Source: a plasmid
Sequence record: OW849299.1
Length of the DNA: 64,000 nucleotides
Direction: 5' to 3' (one strand)
Positions 10,323 through 19,820 of the stretch are shown here, one piece after another; the stretch's first letter is position 1; each line of letters starts with the position of its first letter. A program made the position numbers and the translations under genes. Below the pieces are notes generated by a model. That model saw only the letters and a list, made by a program, of their open reading frames with translations, did not search any database and was not told the DNA's origin.

Positions 10323-11120
10323 ATGCGTGTATTAGCCTTATCGGCTGTGTTTTTGGTGGCATCGATTATCGGAATGCCTGCGGTAGCAAAGGAATGGCAA
10401 GAAAACAAAAGTTGGAATGCTCACTTTACTGAACATAAATCACAGGGCGTAGTTGTGCTCTGGAATGAGAATAAGCAGCAAGGATTTACCAATAATCTTA
10501 AACGGGCGAACCAAGCATTTTTACCCGCATCTACCTTTAAAATTCCCAATAGCTTGATCGCCCTCGATTTGGGCGTGGTTAAGGATGAACACCAAGTCTT
10601 TAAGTGGGATGGACAGACGCGCGATATCGCCACTTGGAATCGCGATCATAATCTAATCACCGCGATGAAATATTCAGTTGTGCCTGTTTATCAAGAATTT
10701 GCCCGCCAAATTGGCGAGGCACGTATGAGCAAGATGCTACATGCTTTCGATTATGGTAATGAGGACATTTCGGGCAATGTAGACAGTTTCTGGCTCGACG
10801 GTGGTATTCGAATTTCGGCCACGGAGCAAATCAGCTTTTTAAGAAAGCTGTATCACAATAAGTTACACGTATCGGAGCGCAGCCAGCGTATTGTCAAACA
10901 AGCCATGCTGACCGAAGCCAATGGTGACTATATTATTCGGGCTAAAACTGGATACTCGACTAGAATCGAACCTAAGATTGGCTGGTGGGTCGGTTGGGTT
11001 GAACTTGATGATAATGTGTGGTTTTTTGCGATGAATATGGATATGCCCACATCGGATGGTTTAGGGCTGCGCCAAGCCATCACAAAAGAAGTGCTCAAAC
11101 AGGAAAAAATTATTCCCTAG
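10323..11120 (+). CDS. blaOXA-48: Class D carbapenem-hydrolysing beta-lactamase OXA-48.
   Basis: 265 aa MRVLALSAVFLVASIIGMPAVAKEW... with STFK, SVV, YGN and KTG motifs. Recognised as OXA-48 from memory. Confidence 0.95.
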   Translation: MRVLALSAVFLVASIIGMPAVAKEWQENKSWNAHFTEHKSQGVVVLWNENKQQGFTNNLKRANQAFLPASTFKIPNSLIALDLGVVKDEHQVFKWDGQTRDIATWNRDHNLITAMKYSVVPVYQEFARQIGEARMSKMLHAFDYGNEDISGNVDSFWLDGGIRISATEQISFLRKLYHNKLHVSERSQRIVKQAMLTEANGDYIIRAKTGYSTRIEPKIGWWVGWVELDDNVWFFAMNMDMPTSDGLGLRQAITKEVLKQEKIIP

Positions 11121-11421
11121 AAGTGGTTAGCGCGTATTTGTGTGAAATAGCCGTCATATAAGCTGTAAAGATATATGGACAAAATGCTGATGCTCGATGC
11201 GCTTGTAGTTAATGGCTCATACTTAATCGGTTAGGCCTAATCGACTTAAGCTCCGCGCGTTAACTTTTAGCCTGAGCATTAGCATCACATTCCTCAACGT
11301 AAAAAGCCTAGCCAATTTGCTAGGCTTTTTTGTTATCTAAATGGTCATGGTCACTCAACATTGGGATGTGTATAAAGGAATGGCGATGTCAGTAAAGGTG
11401 AATGCCGCTGCGATAAAGTGC

Positions 11422-12333
11422 CTAGCCCATCAAGGATTGTAGGCTTTCTTGGCTGCTAAAGCGTTTGACGAAAAAGTCCAAGAAGGCGCTGATATTGGTG
11501 GCTAATTGTCTGCGGCTCGAATACACCCCGTAGACCTTAAAGGGTTCAATCGGCCATTCCTGTAAGATTGGCACTAGCTGGCCGTTGGCGAGTTCGGTTT
11601 TGCAGGCGGAGTTTGATAGCATTGCAATCCCAAAGTCATCGAGGGCTAACTGCTTAACCATAATCGGGCTATTGACCCTGACTTTACGCTGAAAGTTTAC
11701 CATGGTTTTGCGAGCACCTTTGCCTAAGGGCCATATGGGTGCTGAGCGGGATGTTCCTAGCAGAATACCACTATGATCGCTCAGCTCCTTAGGTGTTGCG
11801 GGGGTGCCGCGTGCTTTTAAATAGCCAGGGCTTGCTACCAGAATTGGTTGACGCTCGAACAGTAATCTTGCAACAAGATCAGAGGATTGCAGTGGCCCAT
11901 ATTTGATAGCTATGTCATATCCTTCACCCACCAAACCTATATCGTTGTCGGTAAACTGGACATCTAATTCCACATTGGGATATAAACGCATGAATCCGCT
12001 ACAGAGGTTAGCAATTAATTCTTGGCTAAAAGAGACCGGAATGGCTATCCGTAATGATCCTGATACATCATCATGGGTACTCTCGATAACAGCCTTGGCC
12101 GCTTCCACCTCATTGCGAATGGAATCACAGTGTTGATAAAAGAGTGCCCCGACTTGGGTAAGACTCAGGTTACGGGTGTCGCGTTGTAACAATCGCACGC
12201 CTAGTTGTTCTTCAAGCTGCGCGATTTTGCGACTTATGGTGGATTTTGGGTGGCCGGTTTCACGTGCAGCTTGGGAGAATCCCTTTGCTCTCACTACGGC
12301 TGCAAATAGCATCATACCGTTTAAATCTGGCAT
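11422..12333 (-). CDS. lysR: LysR-family transcriptional regulator (Tn1999 lysR).
   Basis: 303 aa with an N-terminal HTH (FSQAARETGHPKSTISRKIAQLEEQLG) and a LysR substrate-binding domain. Confidence 0.85.
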   Translation of the reverse strand: MPDLNGMMLFAAVVRAKGFSQAARETGHPKSTISRKIAQLEEQLGVRLLQRDTRNLSLTQVGALFYQHCDSIRNEVEAAKAVIESTHDDVSGSLRIAIPVSFSQELIANLCSGFMRLYPNVELDVQFTDNDIGLVGEGYDIAIKYGPLQSSDLVARLLFERQPILVASPGYLKARGTPATPKELSDHSGILLGTSRSAPIWPLGKGARKTMVNFQRKVRVNSPIMVKQLALDDFGIAMLSNSACKTELANGQLVPILQEWPIEPFKVYGVYSSRRQLATNISAFLDFFVKRFSSQESLQSLMG

Positions 12334-12529
12334 GTTTTTCCCACTGTCTCATATTTGGAACATAGCGTCTTATGCAGTTTAATGGCATTTGGCGGGATAA
12401 CAAAGTTATATTTATTGGCTAAAAATTTTCAGAGGCTAAAGCAGAGGATCTTTTGATGACCAGCAATAATCAGCCCAAACACATGACTCAAGCCCAAACG
12501 CCCGATCCGCTTTTTTTACAGGCCGAGCA

Positions 12530-13857
12530 CTGAAGAATCCCCTGATGATTTACAAATAAATCATCAAATTAGGGTGGAAGCGCATCTTGTTGCATGATCA
12601 AATGGTTTCGCCAAAAACTACACTTGGACAACAAGATGCGCGAAGCCAATATCCTACAACATTCTTTACACCAATACTGCCCAGAACTTCACCTAAAACG
12701 ATTAAACAGCTTGATGCTGGCCTCTAAGGCGCTGATTGAATGTAAGACACTGACCTTGACTGAGTTAGGTCGAAATTTACCAACCACGGCCCGAACCAAG
12801 CACAACATCAAGCGCATTGATCGTTTGCTCGGCAACACGCATCTGCATCAAGAACGGTTAGCTGTCTACCAATGGCATGCCAGCCTCATCTGTTCTGGTA
12901 ACCCTATGCCGATTGTGCTCGTCGATTGGTCAGACATCCGAGAGCATAAACGCATCATGGCTCTGCGCGCCTCAATAGCCTTCAATGGCCGCTCTATTAC
13001 CCTGTATGAGAAGTCCTATCCCCTATCAGAACAATGCTCTAAGGCCTCCCACAACGGTTTTTTAGCGGACTTAGCCAAGATTTTACCTTTGCATGTTACC
13101 CCTCTCATCGTGACTGACGCGGGGTTCAAAGTGCCTTGGTACAAAGAGGTTGAGGCGCATGGTTGGTTTTGGCTAAGCCGTATTCGCGGTACAGTTCAAT
13201 TTGCAGATATTGGCGCTGAAAATTGGCGTGCAGTTCGAAGTACACATGACTTGGCCAACGGTCAAGCGAAGAGCCTGGGTTGTAAGACTTTGACCAAAAC
13301 TAACCCTATCAATTGCCATCTCACGCTTTATCGTAGCAAACCTAAGGGGCGTACAAATCAGCGTTCAACGAGGACTAATTGCCACCATCCATCGGCAAAA
13401 ACGTACTCAACATCGGCGAAAGAGCCTTGGGTGTTAGCCAGCAATTTACCACCAGAATCTCGGAGCCCAAAGCAGCTGGTAAACCTGTACGCCAAACGTA
13501 TGCAAATAGAGGAAACCTTTCGTGACCTCAAAAGCCCGGCATACGGCTTTGGCTTACGCCAAAGTCGTACCAACAGTCCAGAGCGATTCGACATCATCCT
13601 ACTGATAGCGTTGATGGTTCAATGCCTGTTGTGGCTAGTTGGTTTACACGCACAGCAACAGGGCTGGGATAAGCATTTTCAGGCCAATACCATTGGGCAT
13701 CGAACGGTACTCTCAACGATTCGCTTGGGATTGGAGGTACTCAGGCGGCCTGATTATCAAATCACGGAGAAAGAATTGCTGGCGGCCTGGGTATTATTCG
13801 CCAATCAGTTGCTCAAATATGGCTATGCTATGGCTGATTTATGAGGGGATCCTTCAG
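12530..13857 (+). mobile_element. IS1999, the intact downstream copy (1328 bp).
   Basis: Terminal inverted repeats CTGAAGAATCCCCTGATGATTT ... GGGGATCCTTCAG. One complete transposase ORF. Confidence 0.85.
12636..13844 (+). CDS. IS1999 transposase (IS4 family, DDE).
   Basis: Start MREANILQHSLHQYCPELHLKRL aligns with the IS10 transposase start MCELDILHDSLYQFCPELHLKRL. Confidence 0.85.
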   Translation: MREANILQHSLHQYCPELHLKRLNSLMLASKALIECKTLTLTELGRNLPTTARTKHNIKRIDRLLGNTHLHQERLAVYQWHASLICSGNPMPIVLVDWSDIREHKRIMALRASIAFNGRSITLYEKSYPLSEQCSKASHNGFLADLAKILPLHVTPLIVTDAGFKVPWYKEVEAHGWFWLSRIRGTVQFADIGAENWRAVRSTHDLANGQAKSLGCKTLTKTNPINCHLTLYRSKPKGRTNQRSTRTNCHHPSAKTYSTSAKEPWVLASNLPPESRSPKQLVNLYAKRMQIEETFRDLKSPAYGFGLRQSRTNSPERFDIILLIALMVQCLLWLVGLHAQQQGWDKHFQANTIGHRTVLSTIRLGLEVLRRPDYQITEKELLAAWVLFANQLLKYGYAMADL

Positions 13858-14084
13858 TGCTGAACGTCTTCCGTTCGAGGTACAACTGGACGATGTGGCT
13901 GGGCGCGCTGATAACGTCTTTGCTGTTTGCCGCCGTGCATATGCAGTATCAGAACCTGCTGACCCTGGCAGAAATGTTCCTGGTGGGGCTGATTACATCA
14001 GCTGCCCGGATCAGAAGTGGCGGCCTGCTGCTGCCGGTATTGCTGCATATGGAAGCTACCGCGCTGGGTTTACTGTTGGGCTGA
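13858..14084 (+). pseudogene. tir: 3' part of the CPBP protease (tir) gene separated by Tn1999.
   Basis: 75-aa fragment with the FAAVHMQY motif. Reading frame is continuous with 7756-8191 once the transposon and one copy of the target duplication are removed. Confidence 0.6.
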
Positions 14085-14175
14085 AAGTTATATTTTTATT
14101 AAATATTGTGCGTTAAAGGCTGGTATGTTTTTTTGTGAATGTTATATTTAAATATAACTTTTATGGAGGTGAAAA

Positions 14176-14433
14176 ATGCATACCACTCGACTGAAGAAGG
14201 TTGGCGGCTCAGTCATGCTGACCGTCCCACCGGCACTGCTGAATGCGCTGTCGCTGGGTACAGATAATGAAGTTGGCATGGTCATTGATAATGGCCGGCT
14301 GATTGTGGAGCCGCACAGACGCCCGCAGTATTCACTGGCTGAGCTGTTGGCACAGTGCGATCCGAACGCTGAAATCTCGGCAGAAGAACGTGAATGGCTG
14401 GATGCGCCGGCGGCTGGTCAGGAGGAAATCTGA
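14176..14433 (+). CDS. pemI: PemI/MazE-type antitoxin.
   Basis: 85-aa SpoVT/AbrB-like protein immediately upstream of pemK. Confidence 0.85.
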   Translation: MHTTRLKKVGGSVMLTVPPALLNALSLGTDNEVGMVIDNGRLIVEPHRRPQYSLAELLAQCDPNAEISAEEREWLDAPAAGQEEI

Positions 14434-14434
14434 C

Positions 14435-14767
14435 ATGGAAAGAGGGGAAATCTGGCTTGTCTCGCTTGACCCTACCGCAGGTCATGAGCAGCAGGGAACG
14501 CGGCCGGTACTGATTGTCACGCCGGCTGCTTTTAACCGCGTGACCCGCCTGCCTGTTGTTGTGCCCGTGACCAGCGGAGGCAATTTTGCCCGCACAGCAG
14601 GCTTTGCTGTGTCGCTTGACGGCGCCGGCATACGTACCACCGGCGTTGTGCGTTGCGATCAACCCCGGACGATCGATATGAAAGCCCGCGGCGGCAAACG
14701 ACTCGAACGGGTGCCAGAGACTATCATGGACGACGTTCTTGGCCGTCTGGCCACCATCCTGACCTGA
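14435..14767 (+). CDS. pemK: PemK/MazF-type endoribonuclease toxin.
   Basis: MERGEIWLVSLDPTAGHEQQGTRPVLIV... is a PemK fold. The start is 1 nt after the pemI stop. The listed ORF from 14303 is an upstream extension in the same frame. Confidence 0.85.
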   Translation: MERGEIWLVSLDPTAGHEQQGTRPVLIVTPAAFNRVTRLPVVVPVTSGGNFARTAGFAVSLDGAGIRTTGVVRCDQPRTIDMKARGGKRLERVPETIMDDVLGRLATILT

Positions 14768-14859
14768 CCCCAGCGTGCCGGCATGAAATATGCCGGCATT
14801 GCCTGTTTCCTGAAGCCTGCAATATACTGTATGTATAAACAGTTATTGGAGGCTAAATT

Positions 14860-15294
14860 ATGGCGCTGGATCTCGTTTATCCCCGGCCTTCAGTGGAAGG
14901 TGACGCACTCCCTTTTTTTGCCGAGCCCGTTGCGGCCGGCTTTCCCAGCCCGGCCGCAGGCTATGAGGCCAATGAACTTAACCTGCATGATTACTGCGTG
15001 CGGCGTCCGGCCGCAACGTACTTCTTGCGTGTGTCCGGCGATTCTATGCGTGATGCCCGCATTCATGATGGCGATGTGCTGGTCGTCGATCGGGCAGAAG
15101 AGCCCCGGCACGGCAGCATCGTGATTGCCAGCATCGATAATGAATTTACGGTCAAGCAGCTGCAGCTCCGCCCTTACCCCTGCCTGATGCCGCTGAATCC
15201 GGCTTTTCCGCCAATCAGGTTTGATCCGGAGGCGCTGCAGATATGGGGTGTGGTTACGTTCACTGTCATGAGACACCGCCCGTGTACGCCTTAA
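14860..15294 (+). CDS. umuD: UmuD/MucA-like SOS mutagenesis protein (S24 LexA-like peptidase).
   Basis: 144 aa with Ser-Lys dyad context GDSMRD ... KQLQ. Confidence 0.8.
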   Translation: MALDLVYPRPSVEGDALPFFAEPVAAGFPSPAAGYEANELNLHDYCVRRPAATYFLRVSGDSMRDARIHDGDVLVVDRAEEPRHGSIVIASIDNEFTVKQLQLRPYPCLMPLNPAFPPIRFDPEALQIWGVVTFTVMRHRPCTP

Positions 15295-16547
15295 TCGATG
15301 TCAATTCGATGTACTGCAGCTGCGAAGAAGCGTTCCGCCCTGATTTACGAGGTCGCCCTGTGGTCGTTCTCAGCAACAACGACGGGGCGCTTGTTGCGGT
15401 CAATCGCGCGGCGAAAGCGCTTGGCGTGCGCCGCGGGGAGCCCTATTTCCGCTGCCGCCGCCTGCTGGAACAGCATAACGTTGCCGTATTCAGTTCCAAC
15501 TACACCCTTTACGCCTCATTCTCCGCCAGATTTGCAACCGTGGTGGAGAGTCTGGCGCCGCGGACATTTGTTTACTCAATTGATGAGCTCTTTGCGGATG
15601 CCTCTCATATGGAGGGAGTGATGACGCCGCAGGCGTTTGGCCAGCTTTTGCGGGCTGAAGTGCTGCGCCAGACAACGCTCACCTGTGGAGTCGGCGTCGC
15701 GCCAACGAAGACGCTGGCCAAACTGTGCAACCACGCCGCGAAGACGTGGCCTGCCACCGGGGGGGTTGTGGCGCTCAGTGATCCTGTAAGACTGAAAAGG
15801 CTGATGAGCCTGGTGTCGGCCGGCGATGTGTGGGGGGTTGGCCATCGTACCGAAAAAGGGCTGGCGACAATGGGGATCAAAACGGCGCTGGCGCTCGCAG
15901 AGATGGATATCCGACTGGCACGCCGGCTGTACGGTGTGACGCTGGAACGCACCATCCGTGAGCTGCGTGGCGAGGCCTGCTTTGCCCTGGAAGAAGGTAC
16001 CGGCGCGAAACAGCAGCTTGTTGTATCCCGTTCGTTTGGATCGCGGGTCACGCAACTGGCGCAGATGCAGCAGGCGGTGACTAAATATGCCACACGGGCA
16101 GGAGAAAAGTTGCGCCAGGAAAACCGTCTGGCGAAGGTGGTAACGGTCTTTATCCGCAGCAGTGCTTATGACGCCGGCGGTGTGCCCTACAGTAACCAGG
16201 CTACGGAAGTGCTTCCCGTGCCAAGCCAGGATACCCGCGACATCATCGCCGCGGCGCAGCTGGGACTGTCGCGTATCTGGCGTGAGGGCGTGCGGTATGC
16301 AAAAGCCGGCGTGATGCTCAGCGATCTGCAGGGATATGAAACCCAGCTGGATCTGTTTTCGCCGGCTGCTGTGCGGCCGGGCAGCGAAAAACTGATGGCC
16401 ACCATCGACAAAATAAACAGGGAAGGAAGGTCAAGGATCTTCTTCGCCGGAGAAGGTATTGATCCGGAATATGCCATGCGCCGTGAAATGTTGTCCCCGG
16501 CCTACACCACGCAGTGGAAGGATATTCCCGCGGCGTTTATGCGATAA
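15243..16547 (+). CDS. umuC: UmuC/MucB-like Y-family DNA polymerase V subunit. The real start is probably the in-frame GTG at 15282.
   Basis: [36 protein letters not shown] aligns with the UmuC start [35 protein letters not shown]. Confidence 0.85.
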   Translation: MGCGYVHCHETPPVYALIDVNSMYCSCEEAFRPDLRGRPVVVLSNNDGALVAVNRAAKALGVRRGEPYFRCRRLLEQHNVAVFSSNYTLYASFSARFATVVESLAPRTFVYSIDELFADASHMEGVMTPQAFGQLLRAEVLRQTTLTCGVGVAPTKTLAKLCNHAAKTWPATGGVVALSDPVRLKRLMSLVSAGDVWGVGHRTEKGLATMGIKTALALAEMDIRLARRLYGVTLERTIRELRGEACFALEEGTGAKQQLVVSRSFGSRVTQLAQMQQAVTKYATRAGEKLRQENRLAKVVTVFIRSSAYDAGGVPYSNQATEVLPVPSQDTRDIIAAAQLGLSRIWREGVRYAKAGVMLSDLQGYETQLDLFSPAAVRPGSEKLMATIDKINREGRSRIFFAGEGIDPEYAMRREMLSPAYTTQWKDIPAAFMR

Positions 16548-16558
16548 CAGCGATGTGC

Positions 16559-16585
16559 AGCCGCTCTTGACGGCGGCTTGTTTTC
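16559..16585 (+). terminator. Rho-independent terminator after umuC.
   Basis: agccgc-tcttgacg-gcggct followed by tgtttt. Confidence 0.5.
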
Positions 16586-16669
16586 CCTGGTGTCGGGAAC
16601 ATTAAAACCTCTCCTTACTGCCCGCGTGATAGGGCCGTATTTCCGGCTAATTCCAGATAGTCCCGGCCC

Positions 16670-16878
16670 TTATCGTGGTGCATAGCCCTCTTCAGCCAGT
16701 GCTTTCATGATCTGGTTGATTCCATCCATCATCAGATATGCCTCAATATCTGACGTCGCCAGGCCGCGGCAGTCACTGAATCCCAGACGCTTAACCAGTT
16801 GCGCCAGAGCCTGCGCTTCTCTGTGTGTCAGCTGTATATTCACTTCAACGGGTTTTTCGTGGCGAATTTCATCTTTCA
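16670..16878 (-). CDS. Small hypothetical protein (69 aa), last gene of a five-gene minus-strand operon.
   Basis: ORF starting MKDEIRHEKPVEV. The longer 100-aa version would overlap the upstream membrane ORF. Confidence 0.4.
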
Positions 16879-16881
16879 TGG

Positions 16882-17100
16882 TCAGAGTCCTTTTTTGATG
16901 TTTCGTGAAATGTACCAGGCTTCTTTTGCCTGAGCTACAGCCCAGATCCAGACGAGAGTTGACACAATGCACAGCCCCGTCATGTTCCAGAAATGACCTG
17001 TCGTATATTCATGGCTATGAAGCAGGAGGCCGGCGCCGGCCGCCAGGCTCATGACCAGGAAAAGGACGGCTGCGCCGGCGTGATAAATGATGCTGAACAT
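16882..17100 (-). CDS. Small two-helix membrane protein (72 aa).
   Basis: Two hydrophobic helices, AAVLFLVMSLAAGAGLLL and LCIVSTLVWIWAVA. Confidence 0.45.
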   Translation of the reverse strand: MFSIIYHAGAAVLFLVMSLAAGAGLLLHSHEYTTGHFWNMTGLCIVSTLVWIWAVAQAKEAWYISRNIKKGL

Positions 17101-17144
17101 GTAAAACCCCCTTCTGGCGACGGTAGCGCCAGTCTCTGTCTGTA

Positions 17145-17828
17145 TTAAATGGTTGCCGCCTGCCGGGCGTCTGCCTGCATCATGGCGTCAATCAGGGCGC
17201 CGGCGCAGGCAATATTCAGGCACGTCATGTTCGATTTCAGGGTCGCCATCATGTCCGCGCGGCTTCTTTTAAGAAACGGCTGCAGCGGACCACGATAGCC
17301 CTGTGAGGTCACGATAATCAGCTGAGCGGCCGCATCATGCAGTGCCGGCACGCCGGCCAGAATATCCTGCTCAGCCGCGCTGATATACACGGGTGAACCG
17401 GCGATCACAAAGCGATCGTCCGGGCAGCGTTGCATCAGCTCAGCCAGGGAGGCGCAGCGGCCCGCCAGCGGGGGGCGTGCCGTCAGTGAGCCCCAGACGG
17501 TCGCCGGCGCGAAGGGCATGGCGTGAAACGTTGCCTCATACGCGACCGCCGGATCGGTATGGTGGCGCAGCCCCAGACCGGCCGACATGGCCCACAGCTC
17601 GATGCCCGGCCACCGCGCCGCGATACCGCGGGCACGCAGCCAGTGTGCGCCCCGGTAAAGCTCTCCCGTTTCCAGCACCCTGCCAGGACGGCGGGCGGCC
17701 TGGGCGATCAGCCTGTACCAGCCGTCAAAGGCGTCATCAAGGGAAGTGTCGCCCGGAAAAACGGTATCCTCCACGCTGCCCGCCTTGCGCCGGGTACAGG
17801 TGGTGATGAGGTGAAGACGTTTGTTCAT
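17145..17828 (-). CDS. Hypothetical protein (227 aa, Ala/Arg-rich, no recognisable motif). Candidate effector/toxin partner of the upstream XRE protein.
   Basis: Start overlaps the stop of the XRE gene by ATGA. Confidence 0.45.
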   Translation of the reverse strand: MNKRLHLITTCTRRKAGSVEDTVFPGDTSLDDAFDGWYRLIAQAARRPGRVLETGELYRGAHWLRARGIAARWPGIELWAMSAGLGLRHHTDPAVAYEATFHAMPFAPATVWGSLTARPPLAGRCASLAELMQRCPDDRFVIAGSPVYISAAEQDILAGVPALHDAAAQLIIVTSQGYRGPLQPFLKRSRADMMATLKSNMTCLNIACAGALIDAMMQADARQAATI

Positions 17829-18097
17829 TCAGGGCCTCCCGGCTCTGGTGCGTCTGTGCCTGCCGCGCGCGGTTCGCCGGGCCGCCGGGCACGCATATCG
17901 GGCAGACCCCGGCAGGCATCGTTCCAGTGCGTGCCCCGATCGGGGTTATTGGCCAGCTTACTGATCCAGGTTTCTGACACATTCCAGCGGCGGGCCAGAT
18001 CCTTCTGCTTCCAGCCTTTCGCCCTGAGCAGTGCCCGCCACTCCTGCGGGGAAAGTGGCGCCGCCGTGATGCCGTCCGCATAACAGGTCGTTTTCAT
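17825..18097 (-). CDS. XRE-family HTH DNA-binding protein (90 aa) with a Pro/Gly-rich tail.
   Basis: QKDLARRWNVSETWISKLANN is a typical HTH_XRE helix-turn-helix. Confidence 0.6.
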   Translation of the reverse strand: MKTTCYADGITAAPLSPQEWRALLRAKGWKQKDLARRWNVSETWISKLANNPDRGTHWNDACRGLPDMRARRPGEPRAAGTDAPEPGGPE

Positions 18098-18115
18098 CGC
18101 GTGAGGCTCCCGGCC

Positions 18116-19327
18116 CTAATCCTGCCCCGGCCGTGCCGGCTGGATTTGACGCAGTATTGTTGTTGCCTGCCATCCCGTAAACCCGAAGGTATCGGCCAGT
18201 TCGCCGGGCAGTGACGCGGCCAGGCGCGGCAGTTCGTCCGGGGATTCATTGTGAAAGACAAAACAGACCCCCTCATCCCTGATGCGCGACATCAACATCG
18301 CAATAAGCCGGTGCAGCCCCTCATGGCTGGCGTGTTCAGTGACCTTTTCAGTAAACCGCCGGGGATTGCTGCAGCTGATGCCCCGGTCGGCCAGGAACGC
18401 CAGAAAGCGCTGCAGGAAACCGGGGAGATCCCTGGCGGCCAGGGCGGGTTTCAGCACCGCTTCTGCCTGGGCCTGTGTGAAGCCAAACGCCGCCGCCAGC
18501 TCAGGGGAAAAGTCCGGCGTGTCAGCGCTGGCCTCAAAAATGACGCCATCGTTTATGGCCTGCTGCATGTCCGGGGGCATATTCCCGATCATATTTTCAC
18601 GCACGCCCCATGCACGGCCGGCGCTTTCGGTCAGTCTCTGCGGATCGCTGCAGCTGACGCCCCGCTCCGCCAGGAACGTCAGGAAACGCTGCAGGACGGC
18701 GGCGCCGGACCCGGTGCTTTTTCCGCTCCGCCAGGCCGTATTATTTCGACTGACGATGGCAGGATCGACATGTTCGCTGTCTACGATGCTGTTAATGAAC
18801 GTCACTGACTGTTCTTCGCTGAAATCAAAGTCGCGCTGTAACAGGGACAGCAGCCTGTCATGCCAGTCATCTTTCACGCGACTGGCGGCATTAACCATGA
18901 ACGTGACGTTCAGTACACCGGCCAGTAAACAGGCAGCCTGGTCGGCCACATACAGGCTGAAGTACTCCAGTACCGCCTGTTCAAATGCAGCGGGATCGCA
19001 GCAGACCACTTCCACAGCTCCCAGCGACTGCAGAAACCGCCGGGTGTTTTCGGTCACAGCGTCGGCGGGATTGAGGGCGATGGCGCGGCCGCGCTGTGAC
19101 TGGATGTCAAATGTGACGATACGCTCCGTGACGGGCATCCGGCCGTGATCGGCGATGAAGCGGTAAAGCTGCTCCACCGCTTCCGTGGCGGTCATCCCCA
19201 TTGCCTCCAGACGCAGTTCGGCGCGTTTCTTCAGCTGCTCATCGAGACGCACGGTCAGCTGGGCGTTTTTGGCCCGCTTTTTACGTTCAAAAAAACCGGT
19301 CATGCTCCTTCCTTTTTGTACAGTCAT
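18116..19327 (-). CDS. Fusion protein: an N-terminal RelB/DinJ-like ribbon-helix-helix domain plus two ~80-aa internal repeats.
   Basis: N-terminus AKNAQLTVRLDEQLKKRAELRLEAMGMTATEAVEQLYRFIADHGRMP resembles DinJ/RelB. Repeats LQRFLTFLAERGVSCSDPQRLTESAG and LQRFLAFLADRGISCSNPRRFTEKVT. Confidence 0.55.
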   Translation of the reverse strand: MTVQKGRSMTGFFERKKRAKNAQLTVRLDEQLKKRAELRLEAMGMTATEAVEQLYRFIADHGRMPVTERIVTFDIQSQRGRAIALNPADAVTENTRRFLQSLGAVEVVCCDPAAFEQAVLEYFSLYVADQAACLLAGVLNVTFMVNAASRVKDDWHDRLLSLLQRDFDFSEEQSVTFINSIVDSEHVDPAIVSRNNTAWRSGKSTGSGAAVLQRFLTFLAERGVSCSDPQRLTESAGRAWGVRENMIGNMPPDMQQAINDGVIFEASADTPDFSPELAAAFGFTQAQAEAVLKPALAARDLPGFLQRFLAFLADRGISCSNPRRFTEKVTEHASHEGLHRLIAMLMSRIRDEGVCFVFHNESPDELPRLAASLPGELADTFGFTGWQATTILRQIQPARPGQD

Positions 19328-19820
19328 CTGGCTTTACATAATGTACAGCCATTTGTACCGCACTTTTGCGCGCGGGACCACATTTTTTCGCCGTTGCGGT
19401 TTAGCGGTATTCTCCGCAGCGCCGCCACTTATCCACCGTTTCTGTGGATAACGCTATATGTAGTGGCTCCGTCAGCCGGAAACGGCACAAGATATGGTGT
19501 CCGCGCCGGCAGCCGCGCGACCGTTCCCCTGCCTTCCTCTCCCTGTTGATTTCGTTTTTTCCGGTATTTACGTTTTTTCCGCAATGGCGGCACCGGCCAA
19601 AAGGTATTTTCCGGTGGTTGCGGGCGTAAAAGTCACAGGGTGAAAAGATAAGGGCGCAAATCATCCGGCGGGGTAAATCGTGCGGTCGTCACGCAGCGTG
19701 ATGATTACCGGTGTGTTGCTTTATTAAATTAGCTTTTAGTGCTAAATCTAAATATTTATAATATACGAATGAAACCTAATTTATTAGAGTGTGGTTATTC
19801 AGTAAACAACGGCAAGCGGA

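Larger units (their letters stand above)
8192..13857. mobile_element. Composite transposon Tn1999.2: IS1999::IS1 – blaOXA-48 – lysR – IS1999.
   Basis: Two inverted IS1999 copies ending in CTGAAGgATCCCC. 9-bp direct target duplication TGCTGAACG at 8183-8191 and 13858-13866. Confidence 0.9.

Noticed and set aside
14303-14767. 154-aa ORF version of pemK starting inside pemI.
   Set aside because: The PemK-homologous sequence starts at ATG 14435, right after the pemI stop. The upstream extension overlaps pemI in another frame and has no homology.
16670-16972. 100-aa version of the last operon gene.
   Set aside because: It would overlap the 72-aa membrane ORF by 90 nt. The internal ATG at 16878 gives a 69-aa product without overlap.
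17393-18808. Plus-strand ORFs (137, 186, 185 and 288 aa) overlapping the minus-strand operon.
   Set aside because: They are Arg/Pro/Ala-rich antisense translations of GC-rich coding DNA. The minus-strand genes carry the recognisable domains (RHH, XRE).
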